This document shows, one piece after another, positions 1 to 9,023 of a stretch of DNA of 64,000 bases. The stretch is from the IMG/VR virus record IMGVR_UViG_3300028591_000095, positions 64,001-128,000 of that record; one strand, given 5' to 3'. The notes below the pieces were generated by a model that saw only the letters and a program-made list of their open reading frames with translations, made no database searches and was not told the DNA's origin. The DNA is from a virus (lineage: Duplodnaviria; Caudoviricetes). Numbering within the stretch: the first letter of the stretch is position 1; every line of letters starts with the position of its first letter. Position numbers and translations under genes: made by a program.

Positions 1-683
1 CGGGGTTTATCATGTTCAAAGAAATCAATCTCAGCAGCTTCCTGTTTAGTCTCATCAACGAGAATCTCAGTGTTCTTGAGATCAGCATGTTTCTTGATAC
101 GTTCACTCTCAACAACCTGATCCATCTTATCAGGTAACTGAATCTGGTCATTGTTGAATACACCAGATACATACTTCTCAGGATCGAACAATGATATGTT
201 GATGTCATCATTCAATGCAGTTCTGAGTTCATATAACTCAAGAGGTTCTGAGAATAATTCAATTACATCTGCATACTTCGAAGGATTTGTGAACAGCTCA
301 AATGTATAGATACCATTTACAAGCTTTCCAAAATCCTCAAAGTTATTTGAGATGAGTTCGAGTGCTTTGCAACCGATAACAGCATAAACCTTATCTGCTA
401 AAGATTCAGGTAACTGACTCATGACATCTGGACCATTGTACTCACCTTCATGAGATGCAATGTCTTCAATCATTTCATTCAGTTTGCTACTGTCTTGGAC
501 TAATTCTGGATCAACATTATTCAACCAACTCAGGATACCAAGTAAAGTTCCATCAAGCTGTATATCAGATTCTACAGTTGGGAAGTTTTTCTTTGTGAAG
601 TTGGAAGCAACAAAATCATTGATTGAATTGATTGCAGTTCCAACATTATCAAAGTATTCTTTATTGATGATAATCTTATCCAT
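1..683 (-). CDS. partial hypothetical (probable virion/head) protein, runs off the left edge
   Basis: Manual translation from ATG at 683 (overlaps the TAA of the protease gene, TAATG) gives MDKIIINKEYFDNVGTAINSIND..., open toward the window edge; absent from the ORF track. Confidence 0.75.
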   Translation of the reverse strand, partial: MDKIIINKEYFDNVGTAINSINDFVASNFTKKNFPTVESDIQLDGTLLGILSWLNNVDPELVQDSSKLNEMIEDIASHEGEYNGPDVMSQLPESLADKVYAVIGCKALELISNNFEDFGKLVNGIYTFELFTNPSKYADVIELFSEPLELYELRTALNDDINISLFDPEKYVSGVFNNDQIQLPDKMDQVVESERIKKHADLKNTEILVDETKQEAAEIDFFEHDKP

Positions 684-1594
684 TATCTGATCCCCCTTAA
701 GATTGAAAGGGCTTCTCTTCTGATGTCACTCTTAAGAGGAATGATGATCTTGGATGTGTCTGCTTGTTCCATTATAATGGAAGCATCTTTGGAGATTGTC
801 ATAATCTCATTTGGAGTTATTTCAAATGACTCACAAACAACTGCCATGTTCTCATCCTGTTCACAGCAATACTTTGCAAGTTCCTGAAGGAATACAACTC
901 TTCCTTCACCTTCGTGGTGTGGTTCGTATGATTCCTGATGAACAGCTTCGATATCTGCAACAGCTTCCTGATGTGATGGAAAATCAACCATGTCGAATGT
1001 GATAACCTTCGATACTCTCATATTCGGAGCATTCATTGGAGCATTAGGAATCATGGTTCCCATAAGTCTCACACTGAACGCAGGAACACCACCAAGATCG
1101 ATGATCTCTGATGCAACAGCTCTACCGCACTCTGTAGATGGATGTGTTGTGATTGTAGCTTTATACAGATCACCAACGAATTCGTCATCACTTATGAAAT
1201 GAGATGTTCTCATTGGTTCTGGAATTGTCATACGAATATCGGAAAATTGCTGTCCCTTGACTTCTGGGTTTGGGTGATTCAGCTCGCCTCTCCACATCGA
1301 TCGCTCCTTGAGATTGTTAATACGTTCGTCGTTCTGTATGACATTTCGTGCATTCTCTTTGTCATATCTACGATGCATACGGTTCTGATGACCGAATGAC
1401 CAAAGTGGAGACTTGAACACACAATATGGAAGACCGTTGCAAGAAGTCTTGACAGTAAGACCTTTACGTTCAAGACCAGAACTGATAGGAGCTTCCTGTA
1501 CAAAGCATGAAGTCTCATACTTGTTGGTCTGTGTACTCTTAAGCATATGATTCAACTTCTTTCTTATTAGATTTTCAACAACCATAATTGTCAT
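683..1594 (-). CDS. prohead (head maturation) serine protease, T4 gp21/phiKZ gp175-like
   Basis: Motifs RGELNHP, FSVRLMG (catalytic Ser region) and ITFDMVDFPSH match the GELxHP / FSxR / TFDxVxxPS signature of phage prohead proteases. Confidence 0.85.
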   Translation of the reverse strand: MTIMVVENLIRKKLNHMLKSTQTNKYETSCFVQEAPISSGLERKGLTVKTSCNGLPYCVFKSPLWSFGHQNRMHRRYDKENARNVIQNDERINNLKERSMWRGELNHPNPEVKGQQFSDIRMTIPEPMRTSHFISDDEFVGDLYKATITTHPSTECGRAVASEIIDLGGVPAFSVRLMGTMIPNAPMNAPNMRVSKVITFDMVDFPSHQEAVADIEAVHQESYEPHHEGEGRVVFLQELAKYCCEQDENMAVVCESFEITPNEIMTISKDASIIMEQADTSKIIIPLKSDIRREALSILRGIR

Positions 1595-1628
1595 TGAATG
1601 TTATCCTTTTGTCACAAAAAGATTTACG

Positions 1629-1650
1629 CATCCGGGGATATCCCCGGATG
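1629..1650. terminator. perfect 22-bp palindromic hairpin followed by a T-tract
   Basis: CATCCGGGGATATCCCCGGATG then TTTTTT. Confidence 0.65.
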
Positions 1651-1674
1651 TTTTTTCGATAATAATGTTATTCC

Positions 1675-1694
1675 ATATTTATATTATTTAAGTG
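1675..1694 (+). promoter_or_regulatory. putative early (virion RNAP) promoter
   Basis: ATATTTATATTATT-TAA-GTG; one of 9 copies of RTATWTAYATHATT-N3-RTG. Confidence 0.7.
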
Positions 1695-1733
1695 GAATAC
1701 ACAAACGAACTATTCTCATTGGAGGTGAGGATT

Positions 1734-1814
1734 ATGGATGAAATAATCATCATTAATGATTCTACAATGTCCCAAAGCGACGTTGAAGAGAATATCCGTA
1801 TTTGGCTAGACTAA
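1734..1814 (+). CDS. 26-aa small ORF (MDEIIIINDSTMSQSDVEENIRIWLD)
   Basis: Strong RBS GGAGGTGAGG at 1721-1730, ATG at 1734, TAA at 1812-1814; enclosed by a 16-bp inverted repeat. Confidence 0.4.
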   Translation: MDEIIIINDSTMSQSDVEENIRIWLD

Positions 1815-1998
1815 TAACCAAATACACACCGACAAAACTTTCCGGATATCATTGAGAAATCCGTCATACGAAATAAAACCATTAACATCGTTTGTGTATT
1901 CCAACTTATTAGATTTGTAAATGTATCATGATATTTAAATAGTATGATATACAATGACAATCTGATATTATTATATTACGAAAGGAAATGATTATATT

Positions 1999-2703
1999 AT
2001 GAAAACATCTGAAAAGGCATGGCAATTAATTAACAAATACTTTAGGTATCTTTCATCATCTACTGAAATTGAGGAAGATGCTGCAACAGCGTCAAAATTG
2101 ATATCGGTCGTCCGGAGAAGTGATGATGCCATATACCAGATGATTGGAATCACATCTGACACACAATCCGGAGAAAAAATATTCCAGTTCAAATCACTTA
2201 ATCCCATTATAAAGAACCATAATGGAATCGCGGGTTGCTCGATGGAGTATGATTATTGTGAAATCACTGAATCTGAATTCGATGAAAAGTTCTACACATA
2301 TGAAGATTGGGAACATGGATTCTTAAATCTCACTATTGCAGAAATGAACAAAGAGATTTTTAAATTCCTTCACCCATATTTCATAACAGCTAAACAGGAT
2401 TGGACATTTGAGTTATCTTGTAAGGGATCTATAATGAGCATAAAATTCTGGGGTTATGGGGCTTATAAATATGAAAAACTAGTGATCCGTATTGACAAAA
2501 TAAACAAAGTGCAAATAAAATTATATGGAGATGGACATAATGAATCTATTACAGTTTTCGATTATGACAATAAGGTCACTAAAATTAATCCAGTTCCATA
2601 TGGAACACTTATTGAAGAAGATATGGTGAAACTCTGTGGCAAAGTCACAGAAGTTATGAGAAGAAATCCAATCAATAAACGCGAGGGGTATGATAAGAGA
2701 TGA
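1999..2703 (+). CDS. hypothetical protein
   Basis: 234-aa ORF with an upstream AAAGGA RBS. Confidence 0.75.
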   Translation: MKTSEKAWQLINKYFRYLSSSTEIEEDAATASKLISVVRRSDDAIYQMIGITSDTQSGEKIFQFKSLNPIIKNHNGIAGCSMEYDYCEITESEFDEKFYTYEDWEHGFLNLTIAEMNKEIFKFLHPYFITAKQDWTFELSCKGSIMSIKFWGYGAYKYEKLVIRIDKINKVQIKLYGDGHNESITVFDYDNKVTKINPVPYGTLIEEDMVKLCGKVTEVMRRNPINKREGYDKR

Positions 2704-3077
2704 GATCAGTAGCAATCCATGTGAAAGAGAGTTGCATTCGTGCATTTGAGAATTACATCAATGACGACCGATTTAAGGAACAACTCCAGAAAGGTGTATT
2801 CATTATGAGTAATCTGTTCGATGAAGGTGATACTCGTAATGAGTTTGGTAAAGTGGTTGATATACAGCATGAAGACGGTACTGATGAATTCGATCTTTTA
2901 TATCAGCAGAATGAAATGTATGAGAATTACTGGATCGAATGTGTGACACCTGTGTTGGATGTCGATTGCACCAGTAGTGGTGTTGTACTTGATAATGATT
3001 ACTTTCCTACTGAAGAGAATTTCACAATCAATCGTATTGTGAAATTCTTTCCAACATTCTTAAGAAGTCATAAGTAA
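2700..3077 (+). CDS. hypothetical protein
   Basis: 125-aa ORF, ATGA overlap with the previous gene, terminator follows. Confidence 0.75.
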   Translation: MRSVAIHVKESCIRAFENYINDDRFKEQLQKGVFIMSNLFDEGDTRNEFGKVVDIQHEDGTDEFDLLYQQNEMYENYWIECVTPVLDVDCTSSGVVLDNDYFPTEENFTINRIVKFFPTFLRSHK

Positions 3078-3081
3078 TTAC

Positions 3082-3104
3082 AAGCTCCCCATTACGGGGA
3101 GCTT
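3082..3104 (+). terminator. intrinsic terminator
   Basis: AAGCTCCCC-ATTAC-GGGGAGCTT then CTTTTTCTT. Confidence 0.8.
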
Positions 3105-3114
3105 CTTTTTCTTG

Positions 3115-3188
3115 TCTATTATTCTTACATTCCATATATACATCATTATTATGGACAATACGAGAGTATTGTTACATTATATGAAAGG
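3115..3188 (+). repeat. 74-bp early promoter/leader cassette, copy 1 (copy 2 at 38203-38276)
   Basis: 73/74 identity; contains the promoter ATATATACATCATT (3134-3147), hairpin ACAATAC-GAGA-GTATTGT and GAAAGG RBS. Confidence 0.9.
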
Positions 3189-3198
3189 ATGTGATATA

Positions 3199-3435
3199 AT
3201 GAAAGTCTTCAGACTCGATGATGGCTCGACAGGTCTGGAACTTGATCATGGTGACATGGATAAGTATCACGTAATCATTCAGAATCTGTTAGCTATCCCA
3301 AACCTGTCGGAAATTCACTTTAAGAATTTGACAGGTAAGGAAGCAATGCAAGTCCGCCAGTCATTATGGAGATTCGTAGAAGTGTCAGATTTTTACGACA
3401 TCGACATTACACTTAGAAGAAAGGAAGAGATATAA
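3199..3435 (+). CDS. small hypothetical early protein
   Basis: ATG at 3199 after AAAGGA; flanked by an early promoter and a terminator. Confidence 0.7.
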   Translation: MKVFRLDDGSTGLELDHGDMDKYHVIIQNLLAIPNLSEIHFKNLTGKEAMQVRQSLWRFVEVSDFYDIDITLRRKEEI

Positions 3436-3440
3436 ATATT

Positions 3441-3467
3441 ATATGTGCCCCATTACGGGGCACATAT
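3441..3467. terminator. bidirectional terminator at convergent genes
   Basis: ATATGTGCCCC-ATTAC-GGGGCACATAT then TTTTT. Confidence 0.8.
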
Positions 3468-3473
3468 TTTTTG

Positions 3474-5618
3474 TTATGCAAATGATTCTGTTACAGTAAC
3501 ATTACCCTGATTGATAATATCCTGAATATGTTGATCGACATCTCCAGCACGGTTAGGATCATATGTTGAAGAAATTCCTTCGTTTTCGATGTCTGTTTCT
3601 AACATCGATGAGAAGTTATTCTTGATCCATGTGAGATATTCTTTAACAGCAGGATCGAGACCTTTCTGTTTAAGAGCATTCTCAGCAAGCTTTGCAGCCG
3701 CATGGTTACGTTCACTATTGGTTGGATATGGAACTCTCAGAATTGTAAACATTTCTTTTTCAAGTTTTGCAAGCTCATTAAGTTTCTGAACATTGTTTAC
3801 TGTATTAGGTGTGAAGTTCTTACTATGTCCCTTAAGATTCTTGATATAGAATGTTAATGGGAAATTGTAAATACCAGCAAACATATCAGCCCATGATTCT
3901 TCAAAAGCCTGACCGTTCTTATACGCATCATCAAATAATTTCTCAGTTGATTTGTTAATAGCACAAATTCCAGTTCTAGATAAATTAATGAAGCTGATTA
4001 TGAATAAGAATCCGGAAATACCACCAGCTGTTGACATTAATGCCAAACCGAGAATGAATGATATAACTGCTGATACGAGAGCGAGAAGTGGGCTTTGAGT
4101 AAACTTCTTAAACTTCTTTAGTCTGGAAATATGTTTGCGATACTCAGCAATGAGTTTATCGATATCATCTTCAGACATTTCAGAAGCATTGGTTTGATCA
4201 ACGAGATGCTTGATATCAGCTTTCTGCTGTAATGATGTAAGTAACATCATATACTTAACAAGAGCTCTGCGTTTCATAGGATTCTTCAGATTAACAATAT
4301 CGAAGTTTCTCAAAGAATTAACATACTTTGTTGCGATCTCGCGTTTACGTTTTGCAGATCTACAAGAAGCCATGAGTGCAATTGTAGCAGTTGTGTTTAC
4401 GATGAATGAATCTGTAACAGTTCTGATCGAATCTGCAATACAATGGAATATTTCATGAAGTAATACGGAAACGACGGTTTGACCGAACAACTTTTGGTCA
4501 ACTGGAGCATCTGAGAACAAACCATAATTCTCAACAGCACACCAGATTGACATACCGTTGAGTTTGAATCCTTTCGACTTAGATACCATAATCTGCGTCT
4601 TATGTTCATCTTCTTTATCGAAAATGTGAACACCGGCATTTTCATAATCCTGATCACGTTCTTTAAACCATTTGATTGAAAGATGACAATCGAATTGCTC
4701 TTCAAGTTCACGAACAGCTTTATGATAGTTAGGATTGTTTATGAATTTTGTAATGTCAATATCTGTAGAGAATTTGACATTACTCTGTTCAGCACGAGCT
4801 TCATTGAAATACTTTACAGCTTTGAGTATGTGTTTATTATCAAACTTCATATGTTTGATATCTTCAGGTTTGATGATTTTTTGCTTTGTCTGTTTAGCTT
4901 CCTGGTAGAATATTGAATCAGTAGGTTTGATATCAAATCCCATTTCTGAGAATATATCATAACCAAGATGAACAGAGTTATCATATTCAGTTATCAGATC
5001 AAGTAAATCATCTGATACATCAACTGATTCACCGACATCAGTCATTTCTGGTTCAGGAGTATTATCAGCTGGAGCTGCATCAGAAGTGATATCATCAGAA
5101 TCTGAGAAATAAGAATTAACATCTTCTTTCTTCTTAGAATTGTCATCAGATTTTTCTGGGATCTCTCCATTACGTTTCAGGTCAGCAACTTTCATCAAAG
5201 CACTTTTTGTCATTGGACGATCAACGATTCCAGAATCATAAACGATGATTTCGTCACCTTCATCAGTCTCGAAACGTTTAACAACTTTACCTTTATTTGG
5301 ATCGCCATTTGCAACAGCTGTGTCAAACTTACTCTTCTCAATAGCATTAGACTGGAAGTCATTCAACTTACTGTCAACTCTCTGAGAAATGTAATCCAAC
5401 ACTGAACCTATTGCACATACGATGGATTGTGTATTTGCATTGGCATTCTTTCTGTTCGGTGCAATGATAGTATCATTGACAACCTTGATAGATTGCTGTG
5501 TATCATCCTGAAGTATATGTGATGGTGGTATACAATACATTGCACCAACAGCTTCAAGTGCTGTGATTAAATCAGGAGATTCATTAATCACTTTCTCTAT
5601 CATTTCCTTATTGAGCAT
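3474..5618 (-). CDS. probable virion protein with zincin-like metallopeptidase motif and hydrophobic hairpin
   Basis: LLHEIFHCI (HExxH), downstream EESWADMFA (ExxAD) and YPTNSER; hydrophobic stretch LLALVSAVISFILGLALMS...FLFIISFINL; start at 5618 after GGAGGTGG. Confidence 0.6.
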   Translation of the reverse strand: MLNKEMIEKVINESPDLITALEAVGAMYCIPPSHILQDDTQQSIKVVNDTIIAPNRKNANANTQSIVCAIGSVLDYISQRVDSKLNDFQSNAIEKSKFDTAVANGDPNKGKVVKRFETDEGDEIIVYDSGIVDRPMTKSALMKVADLKRNGEIPEKSDDNSKKKEDVNSYFSDSDDITSDAAPADNTPEPEMTDVGESVDVSDDLLDLITEYDNSVHLGYDIFSEMGFDIKPTDSIFYQEAKQTKQKIIKPEDIKHMKFDNKHILKAVKYFNEARAEQSNVKFSTDIDITKFINNPNYHKAVRELEEQFDCHLSIKWFKERDQDYENAGVHIFDKEDEHKTQIMVSKSKGFKLNGMSIWCAVENYGLFSDAPVDQKLFGQTVVSVLLHEIFHCIADSIRTVTDSFIVNTTATIALMASCRSAKRKREIATKYVNSLRNFDIVNLKNPMKRRALVKYMMLLTSLQQKADIKHLVDQTNASEMSEDDIDKLIAEYRKHISRLKKFKKFTQSPLLALVSAVISFILGLALMSTAGGISGFLFIISFINLSRTGICAINKSTEKLFDDAYKNGQAFEESWADMFAGIYNFPLTFYIKNLKGHSKNFTPNTVNNVQKLNELAKLEKEMFTILRVPYPTNSERNHAAAKLAENALKQKGLDPAVKEYLTWIKNNFSSMLETDIENEGISSTYDPNRAGDVDQHIQDIINQGNVTVTESFA

Positions 5619-8055
5619 TATTTCCACCTCCATTATTCTGTTCCTCGTTAGGTTTTGAGTTCGGAGTACCTTCTTGCTTATATGCTTGAACGATGTCTCT
5701 GTATACTGAATAAGATTCCTTGTAGAATTTATTCGATATTACATTCGCTGCAGTTGCCGCATAGATGTTTGCAAGCTTCATAAGAGCTTCTTCAGCATCA
5801 GTTAAACCCTGAGAATCTTGTTGTGGGTTGTTTCCATTCTGCTGTTGATTCTGTCCTTGCTGTTGATTCTGTGTTTCGATACGTTTCTTAAGTGCATCTG
5901 CAGCTTTAGTCAATGAATCAGATATGGGTTTGAGCTGTTTAAGAGCGTTCTCAGCTTCAAGAATATTCTCACACAAATCAAGGAACATTTTGTCAGTAAC
6001 TGGTAGAGCCTGATTATTATTCTGAGGAGTTTGCTGCTGCTTATCATACAGAACAAAGTTCTCAACTTCCTGTTTCATCTGTTCATCAGACATCTGTGGA
6101 TCGATCTTCATTCTCAGATCCTGTGGAAGTGCTTTGATAAATAAGTCCGTTGCCAGATGACCAGCTTGTATATTTCTAGTCTTAGCATCGGTGACAGAAT
6201 TAGTCAAGTTTGTTATTGCATCAACATCGAGATGTCTGATCTTTTCAAGGTTGATATTGTACATCGGGAAGTTATTTACAGTGATATTGAAGTTCTTGGC
6301 TTTAAGAGCACCAGCAATTTCTTCATTGGTGGCTTTGTTATTCTTTACCCAAGTGATTTCCAAACGATGCATGTTGAGGAACTTCGGAGCAATATTAGCA
6401 AGCTGATCATGAATCCAACGAATCAATGCTGAGATTCTTCCCTGAAGCTTCATTGAAATATTCTTGGCTTTGTTCTGAAGAGTATTATTATCTCTACCAA
6501 CAACATTGACCTGTGGTTTAGCAGCTGTGTTGGCTTTGTTCTCACCCTGACCGGAATTTGGCTGTTGGTCATCAACTTCCATAACGAATGATTCTGTATA
6601 CAGATATCCAGGTATCATTGTATTTGGCATACTATCAGAGTTATCAACAACGAGTGTGTTGTTATGATAGAGCTTGAGTATACATCTTGTGAGTATCTCA
6701 CCAAGTACAGCAAGAATATCTTTAGTGATTTGATTATCATCAATCTCGTTATTTTTGTATGCTGAAATGATTCCAAGCATTACATTTCCAACATTGATGA
6801 TGTGGTTTGCGATCTCTTCATTCTTGGAGAGATGTTTGTCGCCGTATATATGATATATAGTATCCAGAGTATTAAGTATTGGATGTGTTGCCTGATTACC
6901 TGGATTATCACGACGATAATTTCCATCGTAGAACAGATCACCATATACAAGTTTATCCAACCAATTTACATCAGTATGGAAATCAGCCACTTCATATGGA
7001 TCTTCGTATGTACGCTGTCCGGTCTTCTGATTGATCCATGAATCACCAGGCTGTTTGAAAGTATCACGCCTGTGCTTAAGTAACATTGGAACTATCGAAC
7101 TAGCACCAGGAATGTCACATATAGTATTGAGATTCACATACTTGATCAGGAGCTGTGCAATAGGTGACTTCGGATTCTTGATGATGTAATAGAGTGCTGA
7201 AGCCACATCATGGAAATCAGGAGTCATATCAGCAAGTACAAGTTCACGGAAGTTACAACCGAATGGAATCTTAGAACGAAATACTCTTGTATCTGTCTGA
7301 AGAAGACAACATTCAGTCACTGTAGATTCTTCATCAGACTTTGTGTTGTATGATGACTTAGGAACAACGTAGTTCTTCATACCACATATTGTGATAGTAT
7401 TCAATGTAACTGCAAAGATGATGAATGACTGAAGGATTCTTGTGAATGCAGATGCTTTGAGTGGTTGAGAAAGTTGCCATACTGGATCCTTATCAATGAT
7501 ACCGGGAAGTGCTTTAACAATGTTCTTCATTACACCAGAGAAATGAAGATCATTTACTTTCTTCAGATCAGCTTTGATGTTCATCTTCTGAATACCAATT
7601 TCATAGTTTGACTTCAAGTATGTTGGGAATACTTCATTATGAGCGATAGTGAGAAGATCATCAAGCATGAAGTCCTTGACATCTACATATGATTGGGTGA
7701 ATGCACCGAGTACGTTTGTTTCATCAAATGGAGTGTCACCGTGCTCTTCAAGGAATCTGTATACAGATTCAACTGCAAATTTCTGCATATCATCAATGTT
7801 GTATTCAAGCATTCCAATGCGGAATGATTTTACAAGATTTGATGTAAATGTAGAAATGTCATTTGGTGTGATCAGACGAACTGCATATTTATTACTGCAA
7901 TATCCGTATTCACAATCAGCTGAAGAATGTACGGCTTTGTTGAGTTGGTCCAATGCTGTCTGATAAAGTTTCATTGCTTTTTCAAACTTCTCATTGAAAT
8001 GATCAGTGAACTCAAACTTTGGACGTGTGTCCTTTTTGTCCATTATATTATTCAA
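5608..8055 (-). CDS. large putative virion (head/inner-body) protein
   Basis: 815 aa with Q/N-rich linkers and YTESFVME candidate processing sites; lies in a minus-strand late cluster. Confidence 0.6.
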   Translation of the reverse strand: MNNIMDKKDTRPKFEFTDHFNEKFEKAMKLYQTALDQLNKAVHSSADCEYGYCSNKYAVRLITPNDISTFTSNLVKSFRIGMLEYNIDDMQKFAVESVYRFLEEHGDTPFDETNVLGAFTQSYVDVKDFMLDDLLTIAHNEVFPTYLKSNYEIGIQKMNIKADLKKVNDLHFSGVMKNIVKALPGIIDKDPVWQLSQPLKASAFTRILQSFIIFAVTLNTITICGMKNYVVPKSSYNTKSDEESTVTECCLLQTDTRVFRSKIPFGCNFRELVLADMTPDFHDVASALYYIIKNPKSPIAQLLIKYVNLNTICDIPGASSIVPMLLKHRRDTFKQPGDSWINQKTGQRTYEDPYEVADFHTDVNWLDKLVYGDLFYDGNYRRDNPGNQATHPILNTLDTIYHIYGDKHLSKNEEIANHIINVGNVMLGIISAYKNNEIDDNQITKDILAVLGEILTRCILKLYHNNTLVVDNSDSMPNTMIPGYLYTESFVMEVDDQQPNSGQGENKANTAAKPQVNVVGRDNNTLQNKAKNISMKLQGRISALIRWIHDQLANIAPKFLNMHRLEITWVKNNKATNEEIAGALKAKNFNITVNNFPMYNINLEKIRHLDVDAITNLTNSVTDAKTRNIQAGHLATDLFIKALPQDLRMKIDPQMSDEQMKQEVENFVLYDKQQQTPQNNNQALPVTDKMFLDLCENILEAENALKQLKPISDSLTKAADALKKRIETQNQQQGQNQQQNGNNPQQDSQGLTDAEEALMKLANIYAATAANVISNKFYKESYSVYRDIVQAYKQEGTPNSKPNEEQNNGGGNNAQ

Positions 8056-8237
8056 AACAATCAGCTCCTTTTATAAAATTTAATCGTCTGGGTTCAATAT
8101 AGTTTCGAATCCCAATGTAGATTACATCCTCGTTTTTATCAACTCATCAATAAGTCAGGGATATTCCATTACCATCTTCCCTATGATGGTCCTGACTTGA
8201 TAACTCCAATAACTAAAGCGTTTGTTTGTTTAATGTC

Positions 8238-8259
8238 GACCCCGGGATTACCCGGGGTC
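8238..8259. terminator. hairpin terminator
   Basis: GACCCCGGG-ATTA-CCCGGGGTC just after the RNAP beta-C stop. Confidence 0.75.
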
Positions 8260-8267
8260 ATCATTTT

Positions 8268-9011
8268 TCAGTCTTCAGTAAATTGAGCTCTAACGAGTCC
8301 TGTATTATAGTAAGCTTCTGATACAATATCAGTCTTAATACCCATTGCTTTCAAGAACAAGTCAGTCTTAAGCAATGTGGGTTTATCAAGTGAATTGGTT
8401 TTGATATCCGCAAGTTTACAACTACCCGATTCAGATATCTTCTCAAGCATGTTTTCATACTCGATCATGTTATCACCACGAACACCACAAATCTCGGACA
8501 GAACATTATCAGCTCCAATACCAATAAGGATTTCATTCTCGATTCCAGAGAATGTACCACCTTTGGATTCACCCTTAGCAATACCTGTAAGATCATCACG
8601 ATCCAAGTCATTAATTACACCGGTTGATTTTTTGGTCTGGAGTTGTTGTACAGTCTTGATATTGAGATATCCAACCAGTACAGGAGTACGAGTTCTGATT
8701 GGACGATTTGGGTTTGATGATACATGTGGAAGATATACGTACTCGTACAACTTGAGATTCATAGCGTCTGCAGCTTTCTCAATGTTCTCATATTTGAGAG
8801 TCTTGCGTTTATCATACTCTTCAATGTCAAGTCTGATATTAGCTTTTGGATCTGCTAAGAACTGAGTAACCCATTGTGTGAACTCAGCATCATTCATGTG
8901 AGAAAATACCGCACGATATTTATTAGCATTATCTCCAGAAGGATCCATAGCATTTAATGTACGATATATGAGAGTCTCAATTTGACCACGCTTAGATTTT
9001 ATATCAGCCAT
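8268..9011 (-). CDS. RNA polymerase beta subunit C-terminal fragment (split, probably virion RNAP)
   Basis: VGYLNIKTVQQLQTKKS...RDDLTG...ESKGGTFSGIENEILIGIGADNVLSEICGVRGDN aligns with the RpoB C-terminal GYMY..KL..L...K...GGQRFGEMEVWALEAYGA...LQEMLTVKSDD. Confidence 0.8.
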   Translation of the reverse strand: MADIKSKRGQIETLIYRTLNAMDPSGDNANKYRAVFSHMNDAEFTQWVTQFLADPKANIRLDIEEYDKRKTLKYENIEKAADAMNLKLYEYVYLPHVSSNPNRPIRTRTPVLVGYLNIKTVQQLQTKKSTGVINDLDRDDLTGIAKGESKGGTFSGIENEILIGIGADNVLSEICGVRGDNMIEYENMLEKISESGSCKLADIKTNSLDKPTLLKTDLFLKAMGIKTDIVSEAYYNTGLVRAQFTED

Positions 9012-9023
9012 TTATATCACCTC

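Noticed and set aside
8082-8094. Late promoter upstream of the 815-aa gene
   Set aside because: AACC is present but spacing to TAA is 8 rather than 6; not counted as a consensus copy
8377-8865. Long antisense ORFs in the track (e.g. 8377-8865, 17705-18256, 41346-41831, 46014-46505)
   Set aside because: They are shadows of well-supported genes on the opposite strand, with no RBS or motifs
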